Origin: Macrostomum lignano
Taxonomy: Eukaryota
Direction: 5' to 3'
Length of the DNA: 64,000 nt
Assembly (NCBI GenBank): GCA_002269645.1
Contig: NIVC01002320.1
Location: 62,001-126,000, forward strand
Each line of letters starts with the position of its first letter. The first letter of the stretch is position 1. This document shows positions 20,300 to 32,409 of this stretch, in pieces. The notes under the pieces were generated by a model. It made no database searches. It saw only the letters and a program-made list of their open reading frames with translations, and was not told the origin of the DNA. The translations under genes were made by a program, and so were the position numbers.

Positions 20300-21654
20300 A
20301 ATATTATGACGAAAATATTTTATTTATTTTATTCACGTTTCGCTGTAACTTTCAGCATCGTCAGGTGACAATATTTGTAATAATTTGAAGGTAATAAAAT
20401 GAAAGTACGGGCCAAGAGTTTAAAAACGAGGTTAAAGTAGCCGTAGAATAGTCAAAAAAATTCTAAGAATAGTACTAGCCCCCTTCCTGTCAGTTGTACA
20501 TTCAGGGTAGGCTTTAACTGTTTGATGTACAGAGCAGGTATTTAGTTTGTGGTGGTGTTGAATCCGATCAATAATTTTAAACTTTTGATCATGTTTGATG
20601 TCGGCACACGCGTTGCACATTAGCAGATGGTCATGAATCGCGCTAGCCTTCTTGCGGTGTTCCTCGATCCTAGTGTACAGGTGTCGATCAGTCTTACCGA
20701 TGTACGACTGGCTCTGCTCAGCAGGGCAAACAAATTGATAGACGACACCAGCACACCGGGTGGAGGGTACTTTGCTTTTTAGGCTTGTCACAAAATTGGC
20801 CACCTTTTGAGTAGTGAAGATAACATCAATGCGTGTATCGAGACAGTCACGGCAGATATCAGTCAGGCTTTTTTTAAATTTAGTACTTGGCATTCCAATG
20901 TACGGAATACTGATGGTTGGTTTTCTTTCGGTAGAGGTAGAGTAAGTAACATTCTGGGGTCGTACTATAAAGCTGTCGTAGCGTAAGTTCGATCGTATTC
21001 GAATGCGTCGGAACTTTTACACTGCGGAGATGGGAGCTAAGAATGATCTTATCTTACGATGGCTTTATAGAACGGGCCCTCTGTTCTTTGGTAACTTTCT
21101 TATTGATGAAGGCATTAATCTCTGAGTTGATCAGGTCGTTTGGGTACTGTTTTTTTGTCAGGATCTTTTTGATCTTAGTTAATTCCTGGTGTAGGTTAGA
21201 CCAGTTGCTGCAAATGTTGTAGGCACGATGCAACATGCCTCGAATCAAACTCAGCTCCCAGCTTTTCGGGCACAGCGCCTGGAAATTTAGCAGCACTCCA
21301 GTAAACGTAGGTTTTCTGTAGACCGTTGTCTCCCAACGATTTGCATTACGGGTCACCATAGTATCAAGGAAACTCAAACAGTCATTTCCCGTTTCCGCAG
21401 TGAACTTGATGTTCTTATGAGTGTTGTTGAGCATCTTAAGAAAATTGTCACTCGAATTTCGGTCAAAAATCGCAAAATTATCGTCAACGTAACGGTAGTA
21501 CACCGTTGGTTCTGTTCTTCATGGGAAGTGTTGGATTGCGAAGGCCAAAGCGTAGTGCGTGTTTCTCAACGATGGTTAGCTTCCGGTTAGATAAATTTGT
21601 CACAGCGATCGGAGCATTGTTATGAGCCAAAAGATTGTTTAGCTTCTTTTCATG
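20300..21654 (-). mobile_element. Degenerate, internally deleted Penelope-like element (RT C-terminus plus GIY-YIG endonuclease)
   Basis: YYRYVDDNFAIF, IKFTAE, LSFLD and VYRKPT (21054-21503); VVYQFVC...SYIGKTDRHLYTRIEEH (20432-20893). The N-terminal segment is fused directly to RT motif C. Confidence 0.9.
20333..20368 (-). ncRNA. Degenerate hammerhead-ribozyme motif at the PLE 3' end
   Basis: Minus strand tcac-CTGACGA-t-gctg-aaagtta-cagc-GAAA-c-gtga. Core boxes and stems I and II are present; stem III and the NUH triplet are collapsed. Confidence 0.55.
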
Positions 21655-21659
21655 TTTTA

Positions 21660-21773
21660 GATTTGGGAGTGATGTTGCAGTCTCGGTGTTTCATAATAAT
21701 CGCTATTTTCGTTCCAGGTAGACCTGCATAAGCTGAAGCATTCCATGTTTGAAAGCACCTTCAACGTCACTGT
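21660..21773 (+). other. Displaced 114-bp fragment of receptor intron 12/exon 13 at the copy-2 duplication junction
   Basis: GATTTGGGAGTGATG...TTCCAG|GTAGACCTGCATAAG...AACGTCACTGT matches 14007-14119 and 39776-39929. Confidence 0.9.
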
Positions 21774-22268
21774 ATAGATTCGCTTTATAGATTCTGTGGA
21801 ATCGATATGGCAGCAATTTCTGATAATGATCAACACAAAAATAATAAAGTAACGAATATTCATATAGCAACCATCACAGTGAGCTATTTAAAAGCATATA
21901 TTATGAAATTACTAATCGCGCAGCACACTCAAATCTCATCTCGAAATTTTAGAAACTTCATTCATGCGATGCATTTAGAAATCACACTCTGTAGCTCTAT
22001 ATAGTACTCATAGTAGCTATTTACCCTAATTTGTTGGTCTTTTTGTTAGTCTTTTAAAACCTTACATAAATTGCACTTGTGTTCCACCAATGAAAATGGG
22101 ATTAGCGGTATTGAACCGTCAATCTTCACCAAACACGTGCAGTTTAACCCAGGAGAGAAATTTCGCAACCGAGCCAGCAGTTTTCACTCCAAAGCACAGC
22201 TGCTGCTGCTGCTGTTTCAGTTGCCAAAGAAATAAAAAACTGAAAGCTGCTCTTCCTCATCAGCTGTC

Positions 22269-25200
22269 ATGCGGCGCAGCTCTTGGCGCTGTGCGCTCTG
22301 TGTGCAGCTCTTTGTGCTCTTGGAGGCGGTGAGTTGTCTGTCTGCCCTCAATACCAGATATATTGTAAGCCTTCATCACTCATGTGAAAGCCCCTGCTCT
22401 CCTACAGAGGCAAACTCCATCAAGTTCAACATCACGACAACAAACATCGCGGCTTCCTGGCAGTCGTCGGAATTCGGCAACAGGTGCTTCAGAGACACGG
22501 CTGTTCTTGAGCAGTGGGATTACTTTCACACAACGGACACCCCAGACTCTCATGGATACCAGTGGCTGCTCATTAAGCTGTCCCGTGCAATCCGTGTGCA
22601 ATCAGTCACTGTCTATGGCAGGGCATCAGGTGAGTTGTCTTGTCCACTTCTGTCTCTTCCGCTTCACTTCTTTCTTACTTCTCTTCTCACTGCAGAGCCC
22701 AGCAGAGCACAGAACATCGAGATTCTGCTGAGTGACAGACTGCCATCGGGTCTGAATGCGAGTGGCGATAGTTGCTATGGGACTCTGTCCGGTAGCTTGA
22801 GCTCGCTCACTCAGTGCGGAGTCACCCAGCGTGAGCAGACTCAGACTCACAAGGTGGCCTGCAGCTACTCTGACTGCCCGAATGTGGGTTTATCTCCATC
22901 TACTCTGTTGTTGCTGAGTGCAAATAGGTGCAAATAGGTGCGATTAGGACGTGCAAATAGGTGCGATTAGGAGGTGCAAATAGGTGCGATTAGGAGGTGC
23001 AAATAGGTGAAAATAGGTGCAAATAGGTGCAAATAGGAGGTGCAAATAGGTGCGAATAGGTGAAAATAAATGCAAATAGGTGCAAATAGGTGCAAATAGG
23101 TGCAAATGGGTGCAAATAGGTACAAATTGGTGAAAATAGGTGCAAATAGGTGCAAATATGTGCAAATAGGTGCAAATAGGCGCAAATAGGTGCAAATAGG
23201 TGCAAATAGGCGCAAATAGGTGCAAATAGGTGCAAATAGGTGCGATTAGGAGGTGCAAATAGGTGCGATTAGGAGGTGCAAATAGGTGCGATTAGAAGGT
23301 GCAAATAGGTGCAAATAGGTGCGATTAGGAGGTGCAAATAGGTGCAAATAAATTGGTGCAAATAGCTGCAAAAAATGGGTAAATCACACGAAATTTCAGG
23401 TGACTGAGTACATCTTGCTAAGGAAGAACGTTCGAAACGAATCTGATAAGTACATGAACTTTCAAGCTCTGGAAGTCGAAGAGGGTACGACTTTAGTTGA
23501 TTAAAGCTTAATTATGCCTTTATAGGACATTGTTGATTTGAAACAGACTTTCTCTCTTTCAGCATCTCAGAATGCGCAGATTTATAGGTGTGAAGTGTCT
23601 GGCAGAAACCTCAGTAACTGCAGACTCAATGCTTTGCAAACTTTGAAAAATGGCGACAGAGTTTATATGAAAGTCTGCCCACCGTGTCAGCTTCCGACAA
23701 CTGATGCGGCATCTTGTCACATTGCTGCTCCAAGTGGCAATATCACACAGCTGAGAGTTGTGAGCTCACGGATGAATTTATTTCTTTTAAAATGATTTTC
23801 ACGGACTATTTGACTAACTAATAGGAATAAGTGGAATGAGAAATTATGAATGGTAAAAAAATCGTGTTTTTATACGATTTTAGCCAGTTTCTTAAAGTTC
23901 TTTCACCATTTTCAGCATGGGCACCCAGACTCCAATTTAATTGTAATTTTCACATCGACTGCGGAAAGTCAAGGAGGAAACTTCACGTGCAGCTTTAATT
24001 GCTTGAGCGAGTTGCCTCAGTCAGCAACTGAACCAATCGGTTTCTTTGGTATGCAGCTTTTGTGTGTACTTTTTACCTTGACAGGTGAATTCGTAAAGCA
24101 ACCTTCTACTGTTCAAACTGTTGTAATCTAGGATATTGGTATTTTGCTAGCAGCCTACTATCAGGTGCAGTACAAATGACACCCTAAAAGCAGGTTGCAG
24201 TGCAAATGACACCCTAAAAGCAGGTTGCAGTGCAAATGACACCCTAAAAGCAGGTGCAGTACAAATGACACCCTAGCAGCAGGTGCAGTACAAATGGTAC
24301 CCTAGCAGCAGGTGCAGTACAAATGACACCCTAGCAGCAGGTGCAGTACAAATGACACCCTAGCAGCAGGTGCAGTACAAATGGTACCCTAGCAGCAGGT
24401 GCAGTACAAATGACACCCTAGCAGCAGGTGCAGTACAAATGACACCCTAGCAGCAGGTGCAGTACAAATGACACCCTAGCAGCAGGTGCAGTACAAAGGA
24501 CAGCCTAGCAGCAGGTGCAGTACAAATGACACCCTTAGCAGCAGGTGGGTCATTCCACGAGACAGTCCCATAATGTTTTTGAACTTTAAGCACTTGTAAC
24601 TTCTGAGCCATAATAGATAAACAAAGCTGCAAAAAGCAATCTGTGTCAAACTTCTAGTTCTACATTTTTCACAAAGCTGCTTATGAATTCTAAAACAACT
24701 GAACACATAGCAGAGCGTCAACCGTCAGCATAGTTTATGCTCTGCTATGTGTTCAGCTGTTGTCCAGGTGCAGTGCAAACGGCTGAGCTCATTTTCTGTT
24801 GCAGAGGAGAAGCCCAGAAGTGTCAGCATTGAGCCTAGCAACGGCGTTCAGCTTGGATCAAGGATATTTCTGGCTCCAGGCACGGAGTTTCACTTCAGCT
24901 TCATCACAGAAGCTGCGTACCCAAGTCCCATCCATGCTTGTAGGCTGGTGAGAACTGCTAAACGGGAAACTACAGAAGATACTTCAGGTGTTCTACTGCA
25001 TCCCGTCAGAGAGGTGAGAAAATCCTGTGCAATCTTACTACCTCCATTCCCCATTCTGATCTTCTCTCATCAAATGCTTTTTCAGAGATCCCTCACTGAC
25101 GCATCATCGAACAAAAGCCATGCAATTACCAAGATCTCAGAGTACAGACTCAACATTACAGCACACATGCAAGCAGCTGGGCAAAAGATACAGTGCGTAT

Positions 25201-28200
25201 CGACTGTCGGTGAAAGCAGTGGAAAACTGGTGAAATCAATTTCGCTGCCTGAGCTTGTAGGTAAGCAAAAATATTGGAGGGAGAGTACTGGCAGGTGATA
25301 CCTGGAATTTCTCATATTAGATGAAGATGAGTTGTATTGAAATGATAAAAACTGCAGTTCCAAGCAAGCCGGAGTTTCTGCTACCGCCAATCACGGATTG
25401 GAAAGACGGCCACTCCGTCTCAGTTGCTGTCGACTCAACAACAGACAGCTCTGTTCCAACCAGCCACCGCTGCTTGCTGGAGACTCGAGACGGCAACAGA
25501 AGCCTCTTCGCTACCCAGGTGAGTCTTGCTTTGGTTTGATGTCTTTGTGATGTCGGTTTCGAAAACAAAAACTTTGGCAAAATATTGAATGCGTTTCATC
25601 AAATGTCAAATATTTGACAAACGTCATGGGCTGCTGAAGTGATTCATTCGGTGTTCTAAGCATGAGCATGTTTACTTTCTTTGAATAAATACGAAATTTC
25701 TAAATTGCTACAAATTTCGAGTAGTTCTTTTAAAAAATTTCCTGTAGTAACTCTGAATCAGTCCATGAGTGTGTGTACAGGACTACTCATTCTCGCATGG
25801 TAGAGACTTCTCAAATCGAAATTCCAGGTAACATATAAAAGCAGTAAATTCGAGTTGGATGTTGATAGACACTGGGGCAGCCCAGCATCTCTGGTCTGTT
25901 TGGTAAATCAATCTGGGCTGATCCAGACATGGACTCGACATCGGCTACCGAAGGTGCTCTGTGAGTCTCTGATGCCATGACTTTCTTCACAAGCCTATTA
26001 CTGCATTTGAAGATTAAATCACGATTGCATTTTCGAATTCAGACAAGGCCGAAGGGCTGGCCATCCGTATTTCGTCTGGAGACCTGGTGAGTGATGAAGA
26101 AGCCAGCTTCTCAGTGACTGCATCTGACTCAGGATACCCAACGGCTCTGCACCAGTGCAGAATCGAGAGCAAGAGCCTCGGAGAAGACAAGGTATGAGGC
26201 TGATGTTATTGCTCATTCAGAGTTCCCAACCAGCAGTTCAATGCTGCAATTTCGGTTGATCATTCCGCAGACTGCAGAGTCAGACGGCTCAAGTCACTGG
26301 AGATTCACGCCTCAGCGAGGGCACAACGGTGAACAAATCAGATGCGATGTGGTGCAGAAACTGAATGGCTCTTTGATATTCAGTCAGACTGTAAACAGCT
26401 CTAATCTGGAGGTTAAATGTGAGGCTCATGCTTTATTATGCTGCATGCTGTGATCCCGATCGATACAGTAGGGCTGCTTGCACTTCAGACAAGGCAACTG
26501 TCACGTGGCCCAGAAATATCGCTCCGAAAAAGGAAGGAGAGGCTCTGTCATTTGTTGTACTCGCAGACGGCAACCCAGAGCCCAGCAGTCAGTGCTGGCT
26601 GCAGCTGGTTTCTGGCTCACAGGTGAGTATTTGATTTGGGATGATGCTGGTTTCTGGCTCACAGGTGAGTATTTGATTTGGGAGTGATGCTGGTTTCTGG
26701 CTCACAGGTGAGTCTTTGATTTGGGATGATGCTGGTTTCTGGCTCACAGGTGAGTCTTCAATTTGGGAGTGATGCTGGTTTCTGGCTCACAGGTGAGTCT
26801 TTGATTTGGGAGTGATGCTGGTTTCTGGCTCACAGGTGAGTCTTTGATTTGGGAGTGATGCTGGTTTCTGGCTCACATGTGAGTCTTTGATTTGGGAGTG
26901 ATGCTGGTTTCTGGCTTACAGGTGAGTCTTTGATTTGGGAGTGATGCTGGTTTCTGGCTCACAGGTGAGTCTTCGATTTGGGAGTGATGCTGGTTTCTGG
27001 CTCACAGGTGAGTCTTTGATTTTGGAGTGATGCTGGTTTCTGGCTCACAGGTGAGTCTTTGATTTGGGAGTGATGCTGGTTTCTGGCTCACAGGTGAGTC
27101 TTTGATTTGGGAGTGATGCTGGTTTCTGGCTCACATGTGAGTCTTTGATTTGGGATGATGCTGGTTTCTGGCTCACAGGTGAGTCTTTGATTTGGGAGTG
27201 ATGCTGGTTTCTGGCTCACAGGTGAGTTTTTGTTTTATGATGATGCTGGTTTCTGGCTCACAGGTGAGTCTTTGATTTGGGAGTGATGCTGGTTTCTGGC
27301 TCACAGGTGAGTCTTTGATTTGGGAGTGATGCTGCAGTCTCGGTGTTTCATAATAATCACTATTCTCGTTCCAGGTAGACCTGCATAAGCTGAAGCATTC
27401 CATGTTTGACAGCACCTTCAACGTCACTGTTAATAGGTCAATGAACCGAGCCAATTTGAGCTGTGTTTTGACTCAACCTGGACTTCCATCTTCAACGGAG
27501 CAGAGCTTCACCCAATTGATCACAGTATTTTGTAAGTTTACAGTATCCATTTTCATAGGGTTCATAAAGAGGTATACAATTTGTAAATGCGTGCGTATTT
27601 TTTGAGTTAATGGAAACATTTCCTGTCGCTTCGGAGGCTCTGACTTGAAGCACTTCTTAAATCGTAGACTGAAAAATAATATCGACCCAATCATCCTACA
27701 GATCATCCTCAGCCTCCACTCACCATCGACTTGGCTCAGACTGTCTACGAAGGCACCGACGTCACCTTCACGGTGCGGTCGGGCGATGGAAACCCCAATG
27801 TCACCCACAGATGCCACGTGTACAACGGAGAAATTGTGAGCGCAATATTTGCTCATCAAATCACCTGAATTGCAGCTTTGATTTAACACAGAGTTGATCA
27901 TTTCAGGAAGTTCAAAACAGCATGAAAATCGAATCGGAGTACTTGACAATGGTGAACTATGCACCCAACAGATGCACCGCTCTGAAGTTGTGTTCACCAG
28001 CACCATCAGAAGGAACATCACCGTCAATTGTGAGAAATCAAATGCCATTTTATTAGCATGCAACCTGCCATTTACTTGAAAACCGGAGTATCCACTTTGA
28101 CTTCAGACTTTGCGCACAACTCCATGGACATCAGTCCGACAGACGGAGTTCTTGCTGGAGATTGAGTCGAAGTGACACTCAAATCTTATGGTGGCCGGCC

Positions 28201-30554
28201 TGCCGTCACGCGGCATGAGTGTTCGCTTGGAGACTCTGAGCTGACTATGGAAAACGTATGCTTTTTCATCACCTGAGTGCTTTTGAGTTGACTGTAAACC
28301 TTCTTCAGGCATCCTAAATGATCAATTTGAGAATTTTCCTACAGGTAAGAAGCCATCCCACCGAAGTGAAGTTCACGTTCCGTGCATCGAAAGAACACCA
28401 CGGCAAGGTGCTCGCCTGCAAATTCGTACAGGATGAGCGACTGATTGAGTGGAAGAGAGAGAAACTCAGCGTCTTCTGTAAGTACAGTTTTAGTTGTTTA
28501 TTGGTGTGAAAGTATGGGGGTATCTTCTACTTTGAAAAGTAACTCGTTAAGCCACACTGATGTAAATGTGCACTGCTTTTTCGCACCTGTAGACAAAGCG
28601 GATTTCGACTCTGAGGTGCAAACCTTAAAGAGAAAAGTCAGGTGGAACACGACAGTCCAGTTCAGCATCTCCTACTCTGATGTGGGAAACCCGTCCGCCA
28701 AGCACTTCTGCCGCATCGGCTCTCGGCCACTCACCGATCCTGAGGTGCGAAAATACTGATACGCATTTTTGTGTCTTCTTTGTGTAAGGGACTGGGAGTT
28801 GATATTTTAATGGAAAACATCCGGTCAAAATACATTTCAGTCGGTTTCGGCATCACAAAGATTGTCGCGCTGGCAGTTCAAGGCTCAAGTCGGAGACAAC
28901 GGTCAGAAGATCGTCTGCCAGGTGGTGCAAAATGATCGACATGGCGGCCTCGTCTTTAACCAAACAGTTGCCAGCCAGACTCTGGATGTGCTCTGTAAGG
29001 ATTTTGTTTATGTGCTGTATTCATTTCTTCGATAGAGCTATTTGTATTTATTCCAATATATTGAACCACTTTGACTGTCACAACATTGTTTTCTTGATCT
29101 CTCTATCTTTTCAGACCCAGTCAGCTACTCAGGATTTCTATCCCAGCCACCGTCGGTGACGGAGGGCGATCCCTTGGTTATTTCTTTCTTCTCAACTGGA
29201 GGAAACCCCGAGCCTCGTCATCACCGATGCTGGCTGCGGACACCTGAAGGTCGGATGGACGCAGTCGCTCTAACAGAGGCGAGGACAGGTGTGGATCTCG
29301 TGACGAACTTCAGTGTGACTTCCGTAAAGCAGATGAATGGAGGATCTGTGGTTTGTCGCGTCTCTCAGATGGGCCTCGAGGACCTGGACAAGAATTTCTC
29401 CCAGAACATTACTGTTTTCTGTGAGTTCTCTGTCGCGACTTCTCCAATTTTTATATCAATATAAAATCTAATAGAGGCTTGCAGTGCGTTTGTTTTCTGT
29501 TTGCAGTCCGATCGAAGGTGGATCTGACTGGCTCAAGGATTTCAAGATCCATTGTGCTCGTCAGCATCAATTTGACGGACGGAAACCCGACACCGCTGGT
29601 GAACTGCTCGCTGCTCTCGAGCTCTGGAACTCGACATGTGGGTTCTCAGTGTGCACAGTTGCTCCGCTTCTATTTGCATTGAGTAGCTTTAATGCAGCCG
29701 AACCCGTCATTTTAGGAGCTGTCCAGGAATGACTCGACATTGCTGAGAGTCGGACTGCATGAGATAGAAGTCGATCTGCTTTCAAGAGAGCAGCCTCAGT
29801 CAGCCAACGTCACGTGTTCTGTGAAGCAAGACTATGCGGGTTTCAAAAGCAGCAGCCTTGTCTTCTTGGCACTCAAAGCTGACGAGAGTTTCCAAGCTAG
29901 CGACCAAGAAAGTGAGCAGTTCTGTGTAGTCCAGCTTAGCTGCATTACTAAACTATTGTCTTTTAAGTTAATCGTATTGTAATGTCTTATCATATTGCTA
30001 CTATTGTATTATCGCTACAAAAACTGATCAATGCTGACCATGGGAGCCTCAGCTGGAATCAAATGTTCCAAATTCTCTGTCTGTGCGCAGTGGTTGGTGT
30101 CGCCATCGTTCTGTCCATCTCGCTGCCTGCCACAGTCTACGTCTGGAGGCGAACTGCATCGCCTCGGTTGGGAATTCAGCGGCAGCACAGAGCAGCCACA
30201 GACTGGAGATCAGCTGACGTGCCTCTGGCCCCTGTGACTGCTGCTGAGCGAGACCCCAATGTATTATTATTGCTTTTCAGTATTGCTTGCTCATTTTGCT
30301 GTTTAATCTGTGTGTGAGGCTGACAATCTGCGGCACTTTTCAGACCGTCTACTACTATGAGGAGAACCCGGCGCTTCCGGATCGGCCTCCGAGCGTTGAG
30401 GAGACGGACTTAAATGTAAGTCTATTGTCTGCATCTTTGCCAGATGCTCTCAGTGCATGCTCAGTGCAGGATTCAGTTCCGCTCATTGCAGATGGTGCAC
30501 TGTTCTGAGGAGGAGCAGACGGCTCAGGGAGCTGTCGAATTCTACGTGCAGTGA
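22269..30554 (+). pseudogene. Receptor copy 2: pseudogene, or a gene for a truncated secreted form (lectin plus 5 Ig)
   Basis: Collinear with copy 1. Lesions: +2 nt in exon 1, 34-nt deletion in exon 15 (27971/27972), CGA>TGA at 28163-28165, and TM-exon acceptor CAG>CTG at ~30035. Exons 2-14 are open. Confidence 0.75.
26603..27330 (+). repeat. 42/43-nt splice-donor repeat, ~17 units (copy 2)
   Basis: First GT at 26623, last at 27307. Confidence 0.95.
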
Positions 30555-32114
30555 AAGTGATTTGCAAGTTCGAGTTTCGCTACTCAGACTCTTGGAGAAA
30601 CCAAAACTGCATATATGAGAGCATTGGCTGACTGAGCTTGCCTACATAGTCAACAAACAAAGTCTCGGTTTCGATATATTATTTTTAAACGATGCTATCA
30701 AAAACGATGCACAATAATGGTTATTAATCTAGAATTGGAGTGGCGTTGGGCACGGGGCACAAAATGGGGTGGTGGGCTCACAAGGATGTACAATCAATAA
30801 TTCAATAGTTAATTAGTTCACGCACGCATTGGCGGTTAGCGTAAAATTTTAAAACAAGCCACAGGTACAGCGACAGACCCAGCGTTGCCTCAGACTCAGT
30901 GCATGCTTTCAAGGTTCCTGTGTATAAGACTGGCAATGCTTTCCAGACACTAAGTAGCGATAGCAAAGTATTTTGATTTTGCTTTTGGTCTTGCCGAATA
31001 ACATTCTTTTAACAATAACTCGATTAACTTGAGAATCACAGATGCCTCTGCTACAAATTAGCTATTAGAGCAGTCAAAATGCTAACAAGTACACGAGACT
31101 GATTTGCATAATTTTTGTTTTTTAAGAAACGGCCGTCAAGTTGCGATCCTCCAGTCTTTCTCGTCTGGCAGTCGGGATTGAAGCTTTTTTGGCCTGACTC
31201 AATGAGACAATGCCTGACAGAGCAACTTTGGAAGGCTTGCAGAAGTATTTAAATCACTTTTATAAGCCTTGGGTTTCTTTTTGTAGCCATTGGTGTTTGA
31301 TGAATGTCATTAAAATAACCTTTTCTACAGATCTAGTGCATATATTTGACATTTTAATCCGGTTTGAAGGCTCTCTAACTCACAGTATCAGTTTACTACT
31401 TAAAATGCTGTCTTCTTTGCATGATATTTTTGTAACAGGGTCTATGAAAGTTCAGCACGTGATCTACTGACCCATTACTTTATTAGTCACTCAGGAGCTG
31501 CACTTCAGTGTGTATCTCTTGCAAAGTGGAACTTGTGTTTGGCATCGGAACAAACAGATGCACCACCTCATCTCCTCTGCTTTAGCCGCTCGAAAACAAT
31601 GTTTTATCAAGATTACACACTTTGGCACCTACACATTGGCATTGAAGCGTGCAGTAGCGTGCAGTAGAAGTGTGCCGTCAGCCTAGTGCACTTGTCTGTG
31701 CTTAGAGTGACTGATTTTCTCTTCTTGGTTCGACGACTTGAATAGTTTATAATTCCATTTTGCAGGCTTCTCCGTTATGCCGTAAAGACGGTCTCTGATG
31801 AGAATGTCACCGAAGGTGTACTCGACCCGGAGGGTTGTGGTTCGGGCTGGGACTTCTGGCCGGCGATCTTGTATCCCGTATTTCAGGAAGAGTACCGCGC
31901 TCTGTGCTGCTTTGAGCTGCCATTGCGCTAGGTGAACCTACTCCAAAGACTACTCAAGTAGGACGGGAAACCTCGTTTCTTGGAAAATTTTAGGAGCCAG
32001 GTTTTCCCGAAAAAATACACTACGGAGATGGGAAGATCCTATCTTTCGATAGGAGGCAGACCTAATGTTCATTTTTTATGTTCTGCCTTTCTTATAGGTC
32101 TATTGATATTCATA

Positions 32115-32409
32115 AAGCTTTTCGTTCAGAAAATTAGGATTCTTTGTTAATCTTTTATTCTGCGTACATTCCCTGTACCTAAAAATCATAAAAATGCATG
32201 GCACAGCTCCACTCATTGGTTCTATGAATCTGTTTTATTATCTCTGTTACACGCATTGTTACACGGTCAGCTAAGTGTTACAAAATGGATTCAAAAACCA
32301 ATGAACCGAACCGCGCCATTCAAATGGTTTTCAGGCACAGGACATGTGCAATTGTACGTAGAATAAGAAATTATAAACATAGAATCCTAATTCTCTAAAT
32401 GAAAAGCTT
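32115..32409. mobile_element. Possible MITE with ~29-bp imperfect TIRs
   Basis: AAGCTTTTCGTTCAGAAAATTAGGATTCT against AGAATCCTAATTCTCTAAATGAAAAGCTT; no clear TSD. Confidence 0.3.

Noticed and set aside
8182-21654. Inverted PLE fragments as TIRs of a composite transposon with identical ends
   Set aside because: The plus-strand fragment's reading frame continues ~50 nt further 5' than the minus-strand copy, so the ends differ, and there is no TSD.
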